In this document: one piece after another, positions 39,713 through 52,048 of the stretch
Position numbering within the stretch: the stretch's first letter is position 1
Layout: every line of letters starts with the position of its first letter
Source: Camelus dromedarius
Lineage: Eukaryota
DNA: 64,000 nt
NCBI RefSeq assembly: GCF_036321535.1
Contig: NC_087437.1
Location: 86,988,001-87,052,000, forward strand
Direction: 5' to 3'
Program-made: the position numbers and the translations under genes
The notes under the pieces: model-generated
The model's database searches: none
The model's input: only the letters and a program-made list of their open reading frames with translations
What the model was told of the DNA's origin: nothing

Positions 39713-42179
39713 TCTTTTTTTTATGGATGCCTTTGGGTCTTGTCCTAGCCAAAGTCTCAGAGTTATAGACAAATATGACCTTCCCATGGGCACCTCAGTG
39801 CTAACACTAGGTCAGTATATATGCATATGTGGGTGCTGGTAGTTAGGGAAGTAAGAATGGTTTATTATATTGACAGTTGTTTTACACCACACTTATGAAT
39901 TCCAATTTTGAAAGAACTGGGGCCTAAACCAATTACATCAAAGTAGGGTGTTTCAGAGCTTGACTTCACATATTTTAATACTTATTCATAATTTTTCAAT
40001 TTTAAGAAGGATTGTCAATTTGCTCCAGACAGAGCAAGAGCAGCATGGTCATGTGTGAGGCAGGGCTCAGTAACTTATTTAAGCACTTCCTCTGTCCCGT
40101 ACACTCTCTCTCATTTTCTTTAGTCCTCACAACAATCCGTGTGTGTTATTGCATCCATATCAAAAAGGATTCAGAGATTCCAGGCTAGTCTAAAAACTGC
40201 CTTAAACTCATTTTTAAACAAAATTGGGAATGAATGCATAAACAAACCAAATTTAAAAATAAAAAAAAAAATCACTTCACCATTAAGCGGCATCAGTGGG
40301 GCTTTTGACACTGTCCTGTACCACTTTGCCTTTCAAACACTTTTTTTTCCATCATGGTTGTTTCAATTATAAGTAGATACTGGATTATTTTTTCATGACT
40401 ACATGATATATTTTGCATCAGTTTAGTTCCCTAGAATATGTAACTGGAAGGAAACTTAGAAATTATCTAGTCCAAGTGTTTAGCTTCACAAAAGAGATAA
40501 AACAATAACTCTGATAACTATTCAGAGTCCCAAAGCAAAGAGTCGAAGCAGAGAGGAGTATTTGCCTCTTTTGATACACATCCCAGAACTCTTCCTACTC
40601 TAATAGACAGCCTCCCCTTTAAAGCTATTTCTTGGACAAAACTGTGACAAGACACAGATTTTTCTTCTGTTGGTTTGTTATAATTATTATTATTTTTTCC
40701 TACTGGAATAAAAGTGAAAACCAGTAGGAGGTTAATTCTTAATGATAACAACTTGTCAAGATAAATGCTTTTAAATTAATACTGATTAGTAGTAAATGTA
40801 ATCTTTCAAAGCTGCTCTACATAGGTGTTTACTTTTTGGTTTTGGGAAAAAAGATTTGCACAGATAAATTCCCAACAAAGCAATTCAGATTTCTGTTCTT
40901 ATCAGCATCGCTCAAACCATATGAAATTTTGATTTCAAAGAAAAAAATACAATCTGTGTGCCAGGTAGCCACGATTGTACAATAATATGATAACCATCTT
41001 TACATATTTCTTTTTTTCAGTCTTAATTATACAAAGCCGTAGGAAAAAGAATATCCTAACAGTTAAGAGCAGGAACTTGGGAGTTGTGAAACCACGGACC
41101 AGACACTTAACCACTTATGGTCATATAAAATTGTTGTAAGGATTAAATGAGGCTTTAAGCTCATACAGAGGTTCTGAATAACTGTCAGGACAATATCCGG
41201 GTCTGCCTTTGTTCAGCTGATTGCTCATGCTGCAGATATGCAATATGCCTCCACACCTGGGTGTGGTGACTGAAAGGCGTCATTAATGTGTTAAACGATG
41301 TGGAATGCTTCAGGCACACTGTGACACACCACAGCAGAGTGATGTTTCCAGATGCACAGGTCTCTGCCTTGATTTCAAATAGGAGAGAAAGAAGCTCGGT
41401 TACTACACAAGCGAAATGCACCAGGAAAATTATAACGTATACATTCGCTTGTAATCAATTCAGAACTCATTTGTTTGTTGAGAGAAGTAAAAGGTGAAGA
41501 CGGCAATTCATAGGGTTTATTAATCACACAAGTGAGACAACAAGGGGAGGATTCGTTGGAGTGCGTTACTGGAATCTCATCTCCGCTATTTCCTAGTTGA
41601 TTTCCATTATATTTTAACTTTCCAATTTACTACACTGATGCTACAAAACACCTCGCTTCGTGCTGTAAAAGAATGCACGTAGATGCTGCTGGTGTCCAGT
41701 TTACATGCAGCATACTTAATCACCCGGCAGTCTTCATTTCTATAGAAACTCTATCAATATGTGTCCACAGTTTAATAGCAGACCCAAGCTGTATACTTTT
41801 CTGCTTTTATTCTGAAATGTTTGCTTCTTCAGAAATTCTAAAGCCTACCTGGCTGTCTCTGACATAAGATGTTCCACTGTCAACTCTATATATGCTGTTT
41901 CTAAACCCCAGTAGAACAACAAGGTGAGTAGAGGAAATGTATTTCAGAATAAAGAAGAAAGAAGATTTTAAAATATCTGCTCTATCAATGTAAAAAAATC
42001 AGGCCGGATTCTAAATGTAGTTAAAGGGCTCTGATAGTTTAGGATTCATTTAATAAGTGTGTATTGTTTATTCAAGATATAGAAAACTATTTTTTTCTAC
42101 TAATAGATGCTGTTACTTTGACCTGTGAAATAACAGGCCACGAAAGCAGAGGCAAGTAAGCTTTTTAAAGTCCTTCAGG

Positions 42180-42418
42180 GTGAGCAGGGATAAATTTGGG
42201 AGTTAGAGATTTGCAAATGTTAGCCACCATATATAAAATGAGATAAAAAAAAATAGTTTCTTCTGTATAGCACAGGGAACTATATTCAATATCCTGTAAT
42301 AAGCTTTAATGGAAAAGAATATGAAGACAAGCATATATATGTATATACATGACTGGGACATTGTGCTGTCCACCAGAAACTGACACATTGTAACTGACTG
42401 TACTTCAAAAAAAAAAAA
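42180..42418 (+). mobile_element. 5'-truncated lineage-specific L1 3' end with poly(A) tail
   Basis: ctgtatagcacagggaactatattcaatatcctgtaataa...poly(A). TSD aaagtcctt on both flanks. Confidence 0.88.
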
Positions 42419-43467
42419 GTCCTTGAGAGGAAGTCAGTGGGTAGGTGTCCTTAAAAGTCAAAAAAAGGGTATTGGTTGATTCAAATTATACCAGTTAACA
42501 AAGTTCTAAACTATAACTCCTAGAATTATATATTTAAAAAAAAAAACAGGAAAAATTATGACTGGATTTCCAGTTCAATCCTTTCATATAGTGGATAGCA
42601 ATTTTCAAGGAAAAGAAGAGATTTGTCTTTGATTATTAAATTAAGTGGATGATAGGGGCCATTCTGCTTAAAATCAAGAATATGAATGTTTTCCTCAACA
42701 TCAGAACGTCTCTAAGATGCTATCCTCCTTTGTGTAAATTAACGGTCCTTCCATAGGAAATCTGAGTAAAACCACGTCAAGTTCTCTTTGTTTTAAATAA
42801 TATTATTTACTGGTCTTTTTTCAATGGAGTGGAAACTGAAATTCCTAGAGTAATATCAAGCACCTCAGAAAGTCTTACCCGTAAGTGTTGATTCCCTTGC
42901 CCTTCGTATTTTTGCATCTGACTTAATTTACAGAAAATGATAAGCTTATTCATTATTATAGGTAAGAACTATATTATAGACAGAAACCAAAGGCAAACAG
43001 AACATCAACTTGCTTTGCCAAAGGGACACGAGTGGAGTAACTGACAAAAGGTGACTAATCTCTACAGATAAGAGCATAATATGGACAGTGCTAACAACCT
43101 GATTTTGATAAATGTACTGAGGATATGTAAGAGAGTGTCATTGCTTTAGGAAGTTCACACTAAAGTATTTAGGAGTAAAGGGGTATAATAGCTGCAGTTT
43201 ACCCTCGAGTGCTTTTATTTAATCATTTGTATCTTCCTCTAAGATGAAAAAACATGCTATGCAATATGAAAGGCAAAGATGAAGAGCCAGGAGAGTGTCT
43301 ATCCAAGATGCTGGAAAGGGAAGAGGTTCGCTCTAGAGCACACTCTTTACAGTCAGGAGTCAACGGGAGTTAGTGAGTACGAAGAGGAGGAGGAGGATTT
43401 AGAAAAGCAGATGAGATAGCATTTTCTTTTCCCTCTTAAACTTGATGGTCTTACTAAGTTAGGAGGG

Positions 43468-44336
43468 TGTAAGAGGAAAAAGCACACTCCTGTGTGTCTC
43501 CACTACACAGTACTTCGTTTCTGGGCACCAAATGTGTGGAGATTTTTCCCACACCAAGCAATTCTGCCACACCTCCTGGGTGTCCTACAATTCAGTTCAT
43601 TTCTGATACCCGGAGTTAGCATCAGATCCCACATGTTAAGGGCTCAGTCCCAGAAGACTTTCCCAGCTGCTTTCAGATACTAATCTCAAATCCAGGTTGC
43701 TATCTTCTGTGCTTCTGGGTATAAACTGGAGGTTCACATGACCTCCCCCTTCACATTCAACTAATTTATTAGAACAGCCTACAGAATTCAGGAAGACATT
43801 TTATTTACTAGGTTAACAGTTTTTATATAAAAGGATGCAACTCAGGCATAGCCAGATGAAGAGATGAATAGGTCAAGGTACCAGGCAGAAAATTTCCATG
43901 CTTCCTTTAGATGTGTCACCTGTCAGCATCTCTATGTGTTCATCAACCCAGTTCTCTGAACCATGTCCTTTGGTTTGAGTTTTTAAGAAGGCTTCATTGT
44001 ATAAGTATGATTGATTATCACTGACCACTGATGATCAAACACTATCTCCAGCCCTTCTACCCTACCCAGAGGTGGGATTGAGGAGTGAAATGGCTAAGAG
44101 TTCCAACCCTATAATTACATGGCTGGGTCCCCTGGCAAACAGCCACCATCTTTAGGGGATTTCCAAAAGTCACTTGATTAACGTAAACTCAGATGTGACT
44201 GAAAGGGGTTATGAATAACAAAATACACCTTTATTGCTCTTATCACTGAGGAAATTCCAAGGGTTTTAGGAGCTCCGTGCCATAAACTGGGACCAAGACC
44301 AAATACATATTTCTTACTATAAATCACAGTATCTCA
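43468..44336 (-). mobile_element. Full-length MER21-family ERVL solo LTR (869 bp)
   Basis: TG...CA termini and a 5-bp TSD gaggg/gagga. The minus strand starts tgagatactgtgatttatagtaagaaatatgtatttggtc, as in the recalled MER21 consensus. Confidence 0.85.
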
Positions 44337-47300
44337 GAGGAAAAATCATCTGTGGAGAATGAGGGAGTGAAGGATAAGATTAAGTTTGGGGAAGAGTCAG
44401 ATGATAAAGAAGATCTCTTGCAGAAAACCCCTAAGGAACCCTGTGATAAATGACTGAGAAGCAAGGACCAAGATTACTGTAGATGGCATAGGTTATAGTA
44501 GATTTTCCCAGCAAAGCCCCCGCACTGTCTCCAAGGCAGCCTTTCTTTTTGTAGCTATATGGCTCAAGTCATAGGATCGCAGAAGGAATACAAGAATAGA
44601 AGTTGAAAGCAGAGTTGGAGTTGGGAGACATAAGCAGAAGTTTGATCCCTTGATTAAACGCTGGAAAAGCATCTTGGATCTCAGTTTCTATAAAATGAGA
44701 GAGGGGTGGATCTCAAAACTTGAAAACCTGTAAATTCTCTGCTAGTGCCCCCTCTTCTTGTGTGAGATTGTCACGTGCTATAGGATAGTGGGGAAAGGGC
44801 AGATCCCTTGATGGAGGTGGAGAATAAACAGAGACAAATATTCCACTAGTGGAATGATTTTCTTGAAAACTGAAAGGTAAATATATTTATTCCAAGAAAA
44901 AAACAAGAAGTAGCATTTTACCCCAAGATATAACTTTACAGATTTTTGTTTTGCAATTTGCAGTTCTTTCTGTGTATGTTTGATTGATGGCTTCATGGAT
45001 CCACTCTTTATGTAGAGACCACGCTTTTTATCTTGCTGACATACTTTGTGAAAGTATTAAGAGCTGGGAACTAACCTCCGTATTTACAACATAATCCTCT
45101 ACAATTTAGAAGGTGCCTTATCAAGTGGTCATCGCCTGGCTTTTACAGTGTAATCAAGAGAAAAATCAACAAACTCAATCTCACAAACTAAATTAAAAGG
45201 ACACATTTACGTTTCCCCTTTGTATCCATGTCAGAGATAGAGACGCTAGGAGGAATTTAAACACCAGGCATCATATCTGTCATAGCCGTATCTTTCTAGA
45301 GGTAGGAAGCTCATTTCTCAAGGCTACCAGTCCATTAACCTTCACAAGAGCAAAAATAAAGCAAAACAATGAAACACTCTCTGGAGGAACAGCATTGCTT
45401 CTAATCTCGCTTATATATCTTACTGCAGGGATTTGAAGGTGGAACAAAGACCTCTACCTCCCCAGGCACACAAAATGATACAGACCCCCTGAAATACATA
45501 AAATGCCTCATGGTGCATACTGTAGACATATATGTGATTTTTCTGAAAAATGAGAGTGGGGTCAGGGAGAGTAACTGATATCATCCCTACTGAATCTCCG
45601 TCTTACGCTGTGATTTGTAACTCGAGGGCTAAAGCATCAACCCCATTTATTTTTTTAAAGTCTCGGCCTGCTCTAGCTTGCCACTTTACCTAGATTCATT
45701 CACTGTATATATCTGGAACTATTAGTTTCCCGATAAATGCACTGTCAGAAAGCCAGAGGTCAATGATAAGACAGAAAATAAGGAGCTCTTGCTTGTTTTT
45801 ATATGGTTTTGTTTGACTTAGGAGATAATTATAAACACAGATTGATGCTCCTATTTTAAACAAGGTAGTAAGTCAGAGTGAAATATAGGATTTGGGAAAG
45901 CCATTTGCCGCATAATTATAATTTCTTAAAATTCCTGTGTTCATTGAAAACGAGAAGCTATAATCATGTGATACGTAGCAATAGCATTGCTCATCTTTTT
46001 TTCCTCTCATGGAAGACAGTTAAATAAACCTAAGTTACAAGTCTTTAAATATTATTAGTTATAAAATTTAAATGTCACTAACTGAAGCAAAACAAAAGCA
46101 TATGTTGCTTGGTCTGGGATCTAGCTTCAAGTGGGAGAGATGACAGATTCAGCAAAGCAAGATTAAAATCATGATTCAGTGGACTTCATTAAAAAGTCAT
46201 GTCTTTTCCACAGGGAAACTTTATTTATCGCCATGAAACAATATAAAATTATAAGAATTTCATCAATATAGGAGACCAGAAGAAAAGCGGGAACAAAAGA
46301 AGGATCTGGAATCAGGAAGAGACACATTTCAGCATGGACTCTGCCAGGGGTTCTATTCAAAATATCTGTCAGCTGGCATGGCAGGGGCATGGGTCTCTCA
46401 AGTTGGAAGAGCTCCAGCACAGGGATCTGGAGACCCTTCTAATGCCAGGATTTATTGCTTTGATTGCTGGATTCTGGGGGAAAGAAGAGTGAGACATGAT
46501 ATACTGGGTTTAGAGGGCTACTTAGGGTGCTTGAGAGATTAATCAGTACAGATGCACTTCTATATTCATCTGCAGAAGTAACTGTACCTGATCCTAACTA
46601 GTCTAGAAGTAAGTACAGAATTTTAATCACCAGTAGAGTCATACTGGTGCATTCTTGATGAATTTTAGCCCTGGATGACACCAATTAACTTTGTACCCTT
46701 AGTAGTTTAACTAACCTCCCTGAGCCAGCCAAGTAAGAGAGAGAAAGAACTCAGTTTCCTGGCTAGGTACCTGGCTGCTCTAAGATCTCTTCCAGCTGAT
46801 AGAATTTAGTCATCTCTCCTTTCTCTTTTCTTCTGACATCTAGTATTTATATTCTCAGAGCTAACAGTGAGTCCCCCTAGACAGCACAGGGACTTCCATA
46901 ATTTAAGCCAAATGCAGCAAAGAAGCTGAGTTTACACTCAGTCCTAACTCACAGTGAGCCCACCTGGGAGCAGATGTGAGAGCCTGTACTTCTAGCTGAA
47001 GCATTCTCAGGGTGCCATCCTGTCTCTTCCCTTCCCCCCTTTTTGGCTTCAATGTTTGTTTGTGTATAAGTGATACAATAATATCTCTGAACTGCTTGGA
47101 ATGAGCCTCTAATTAGATATCTTATAGCAATAATTATGCACAATAAATATCCATCAGCTTAATTTTGCACCAGCTTTGCTGATTAGACAACTGTGTTTTA
47201 CTCATTCATCACAGTTATCACCTTGGAAAAATGATTGTCTTATTTCAAAGGGATATCACTGGTATGTCTCTGTAAACGCTGCAGAGTATAACCCTTCTAC

Positions 47301-48240
47301 ATGTTTGAGAGAATCACAACTAAAACCCCATAAATAATTTTGGACACCACACTGTTAAAAATATAATGAAAAACAAAATCACAAGAATTATTAGAGAACT
47401 GAAAAACACATACAAGATTTAAAGGGTGATTGAAAGAATAGGATTTACTAACAGTAAAGAGAAATGTAGGTGTAAGAGAAAGAAAGGTGAAAGTTTTGTT
47501 TAACTTTTTCATTCCATATTAAAGGTCCTTCGCTTACAACCTGGCAACATAGTGTTTTCTATTGGGAAAAATTTGTCAGAGGAAAATACAATTGGTGAAA
47601 TTACCAAAATATTTATATCTGGAAATTTTTTAGATCAGTGATTACAACAGTTTTCCACCAAGACCTCTTTTTACTACACTTCTCAATATTTTTATATTTT
47701 TAATTTTTAAATACAAGTTGTATTTATTAAATAAGATGGGTTTATTGTATTCTTTTTAATTAAGCAAAGAGTTTTTAACTATCTGAGCTCTATTACCCAG
47801 TGCTGCTGAGGAGCATAAAATAACTGAATAACCATATACAAAATCTGATAGAATTGTAACTAAGGTAAAGATACTTACAGTTTTATATATAACCTCCATA
47901 AGATTTTCCAACCTAGGTTCAATGTCTGTTAAGTTCTTTAAAATATGAAAACGTTTCAAGGATCCCCGTAAGTACCATCTCCAGAGCCCCAAAGGTTGAA
48001 AGATTTCAAATTGGGAAGCAATGGATTCAACTACTTTAAAATCATCTAATAAATCTGATTTATTCTCAATTTAAGAATTAAATTGAGCTATTTAATTTAC
48101 CATAACTGTCTAAAAGTGATCAAAGAGAATATCCTGGGGCTCTTTCAAATCTTTTTTTTTTTCCTACCCTTTTTTCCACTCTTTCTGTCAAAACTTGGCT
48201 CTGAGATGGCAGGAGCCGGAAGCACCCAGCACGTACTCAC

Positions 48241-48576
48241 CAGCCTGGTTAGTTGTGATGCTGACTGCAGCAAACTGTCTCGGAGGTGAGCTCAGCTCTG
48301 AAACCCCGTTGACGGCATCGATCTCAAAGGTGTAGTTAGTGTGTGCCAGGAGGTCTGTCACTGTCACTGTGGTGTTGGTGAGTCCAAACTGTCGAGGGAG
48401 GAAGCGGACATTGGGGCTGCACGGCTCACACTGTTTTACATTCCACCCACATTTTTTACATATGATGTTGAAGGTAACATCTTTCCGGCCTCCTGTGTCC
48501 AGAGGCCAACTCCAGTCCAGGATAACCGAGGTTTCGTTTATATTAGATATAACATTTCTTGGTGCAGATGGAGGTC
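48241..48576 (-). CDS. EPHA3: EPHA3 coding exon 5 (336 bp, phase 1/1), first fibronectin type III domain: (R)PPSAPRNVISNINETSVILDWSWPLDTGGRKDVTF...FAAVSITTNQA
   Basis: Within ORF 48188..48595(-). Acceptor tttgcag|GACCT; donor GCTG|gtgagt. The frame joins exon 4 (C+GA=Arg) across a 712-bp intron. Confidence 0.98.
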
Positions 48577-49288
48577 CTGCAAAGTAGTTCAACAAAGATT
48601 AATGAGCCTCACTTCTGTTTTCTACTACAAGGGAAATAGATAATTTACAATGGAACTGAAAGAGGTAAATAACCATCTTGTCTTTATTATATACTTTTAA
48701 TTTGTCCTTAGAGGATCTATGAGATTATAGACACATGGATTCAAGAGCCCTGTCCTCCCCAAGAGATAAATGGGGGAGTTTTGACTCAAGGTTGAAGATG
48801 CATTCACAAAGTCCAACAAAGGAGTTTACCCCTAAATTCAATGCTCTTGTGAATAGTTATGAAAACTTTAGTATTAGTTTTATAAACCTTAGTCCCTTTT
48901 CCCTATGACCTACGACCAACCTATAACAAGAGGGAATAGCAAAGTAAAAACACAAATCCTGGGCCAATAACCTCCCCTAGCCTGTCAAACATAATGCAAG
49001 ATCTAAAACAAGATACAGAAAATTCTCTTTCTTTCTGGGGGTCCTGTTGCAGGAAGTGCTTGAAAAGCGAATTCATTTTGTATGATAAATGTTGCATTTG
49101 TGGTGATCCAAGCATGGTGAGTGAAGCAGAGAAAGCTTTCAATTTGCACATGGATAACGGGAGGAAATGGGCCAAATGCTTTAAAAAAGAAAAGAAAAGG
49201 AAAGAAAAGAAAAGAAAAAGCACAATAAGAAGAAAAAAAAATGAAATAAAACAAACATGGAGGCATGGGTTGCAGCAAAACTACTCAC

Positions 49289-49444
49289 GGGTACAAGCCA
49301 TGGATGGAGGGTCTTTGTCTGCTCGGAAGTAATTATTCTCACACCTGCAGTTCACTGAACCATCTTCGTGAGTCGAACTGTGAGGTGGGCACTTAGCACA
49401 CTTCGTATTACCATCCAAAGCCTTGTAGAAACCTGGTCGACAAG
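49289..49444 (-). CDS. EPHA3: EPHA3 coding exon 4 (156 bp, phase 1/1), cysteine-rich/EGF-like region: (A)CRPGFYKALDGNTKCAKCPPHSSTHEDGSVNCRCENNYFRADKDPPSMACT(R)
   Basis: Translation within ORF 49281..49544(-) matches the recognised EphA3 sequence. Acceptor tttgtttgtag|CTTGT at 49445-49446; donor ACCC|gtgagt at 49287-49288. Confidence 0.97.
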
Positions 49445-51689
49445 CTACAAACAAAAGGACTCTGTTAAAATTCTGTGATAATTTTGAAAACATATCCTCA
49501 AAAATATGTAAAACAGAGTTCAGAAGCTTAGGGCATGCATTCATTATGAATAAAATCCATTTTCCTCCTCCCAGAATTCACAGAAGTAAATAACGTGGCC
49601 CCATGTAGTTTCTCCACATACACATTTGAATTTGCACCAAATGTTAGGGGGAAAATATCCCACAAGTTTTAGATTATTTTGGCACTCGAGTGTGATGAAA
49701 TTTCCAGCTCGTGTTTTCACAGCTTTACTTGGCACTGGAGTATTTGTGGAGAAAATAAAGCAAAGCCATGTCACCATGCAGTCCTTCCCTCTTTAAACGT
49801 GATGCAATGTGTGTACTCTGCACTGCACTTAGCACTGTGTCACAAACTCACTTGTGTTCTAATTAGTTTCTGTGTGTACAACTTTATCCACACACATTGT
49901 AAGCAACTGAAGGAAGGACTCATGACTTTATATTTTAAGGTTCTTGATATATTGTTCTCCTGAGTTATGATATTTTTTTTCTGCTTTGACAGCGTCATTC
50001 CTTAACTTCTATGGCAATGGCCTAAAATAAAGATTTTAATGTACTTCCTTGTCTGTGTCTCAAATACACAGGGATTTCTACTTAAACTGACATACTTGTG
50101 AATTGTTACTAGTTAATGCTTTTTAAAAGAACTATGTTATCTTCTTTCTATCTGGCTGCGAATCTCTGAATGACATGTTGTTTGAAGCCCAATGAACTGG
50201 TTACCAAATATTGATTTCAACTGATTATTTAGTATTCATTATCTATTTCCAGCTTTTACAGAAATGTCTCCATTAGAGTATTTTCTTTTAATCTGATACA
50301 AAATTTAAAATGCTGTAGTGTTTTATTTTGTCCATTTTCATAATTACACTGAGAACTGAAATCATAGTGAAATTCCTAACAAAAATATTCCTTTGAGGAA
50401 GGAGTTCAGGGTCTTAAATTTTTAAGTGTCCTCTAGATCATCTTTGGAAGGCAGTAATTTCTTGAGTCCCTAAAAGTCAATTTCAAAGCTACATTGAGAT
50501 TTGATGCACTTATATACAGAATAGATCTTATAGACTATCTTTATCATAAAATACATCGACAAGACAAACAAAATAACTGAAAATGATAGTATTCATTAAT
50601 CTAGTCTTGCTGTTTTCAAGGTCCTACGAAGAATGGCTTTAGGACTCTATTACATTAAATTGAACAATTTTTGGTATAACATCGAGAGCCACTCATATAA
50701 ATTCTATTGCCCTAACCAAACTTGAATTAGGATTATAAACTTTTGAACATTGTTCTTAAGCATGGGTTAGACACGTCCACTCATATCTCATGTCATGTTG
50801 CTTCGGGAGGAAATGATATAAAGTATAAACACACTATGCACTTAACTTCTGGTTTCAATTTAGCTCATCGTTGAGTGCCTTTAAATTTGCAAGAGGGCAT
50901 TGCTGAGTCTTTAAAAAGATTAAGTTGCAGTGTTCCAATGTACTTGTTATTTTGTTTGCTTGTAAATTTATCTGTCTGTTTTAATTTGAGGCTTTTATGG
51001 TTTTTACGTTTAGCATAGAGGTATTTGCTAAACATTCAATCGCTTTTTGTTAACACTCTAAATGGCTATACTATGTAATAACTTAAAGAAAAGACAAGTC
51101 AGTCATATAATACACTTCTTAGCTACAGCACCACAGCACAGGATTTCTGAAACTTGAAAGTAGCTACAGTTAATAAACCTAGAAGTTAAGAATATGACTC
51201 AAACTTGTAAGTAGACTTTATCTAATTTTGAGTAAATAATAACCGTAGAGATGAGAATAGTAAAAGATAGGTAGGCACAGATACATGCAGTTTAAAAATA
51301 TTTGTCCATCATCTACTCTTGTTCAGTCTTTTTGTTAGTCTTGAAGACACAAATATTTCTAATTCTGTCCATCCCCAAAAGGCCTTTGCAATTTGAAAGC
51401 AGACAAAAGACATTTAACACAGGCCACATGGAGCGAGTGCTCCATCCTGATTGAGCTGTTGGAAGAAACTACACAGAAGGAATCCCATTTGAGAAAGATC
51501 ATGCAAAGATAGTAGGAGCTGGCCTGTAGGAAGTATAATTAAATGCATAAATAGATCAATGTGAAAAGACAAACTGTTAAGTAGAAGAATGTGTTGGGTA
51601 CTGTTGGTTACATGTTCAATTATCCAAATCCTGCTTGCTAATAGAATCCTGGTTTTATTCAGTACTGCATTCTGCCAAGTACCCCCTAA

Positions 51690-52048
51690 CTCAGATTTCA
51701 CTGCAAATGGGGCTGGATGGCCAAGGTTATGGCCGAAGAGATGGCTAAAGAGACACAAACAGAGATCTGATGAAAATCTTTGGGATACCTTTTGCTTTTC
51801 TAACAAGACAGTCCAAATGCAACTGAAGCCACTCCCACTACATTATTCCAGTACTGATTATGGGCATAATGGCTTACATGTGACACTAAGTAAAGGCCAA
51901 GAAAATCAGAGAGATGTGTACCTTGCACTTGATGGCAGCGAGCACCTATCTTAAGATTTCTGACGTCAGAAAAATAACACCCTGTTTGTTTAAGTCACTG
52001 TGGTCAAGTTTTCTTTTACTTGCAGCAGAAAGCATTTCTAAATGATAT
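51690..52048 (+). mobile_element. MLT1-family (ERVL-MaLR) LTR fragment
   Basis: Typical 3' end ttgtttaagtcactg...ttacttgcagcagaaagcatttctaaatgatata. Confidence 0.7.

Noticed and set aside
14980..44336. Two same-orientation related LTRs as the ends of a provirus
   Set aside because: They are about 27.6 kb apart and clearly diverged, no gag/pol remnants are seen between them, and the right copy has its own TSD. They are independent solo LTRs.
44741..44760. Partial CTCF-like motif (also near 63885)
   Set aside because: Only the GGGGCRC half matches and the CCASYAG half is poor.
48339..49332. Plus-strand ORFs antisense to exons 4 and 5
   Set aside because: They are shadow frames of coding exons and a purine-rich low-complexity tract, with no independent coding evidence.
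51414..51954. Overlapping 130-aa and 121-aa ORFs
   Set aside because: No recognisable protein similarity, and both overlap a decayed MLT1 LTR; probably chance ORFs.
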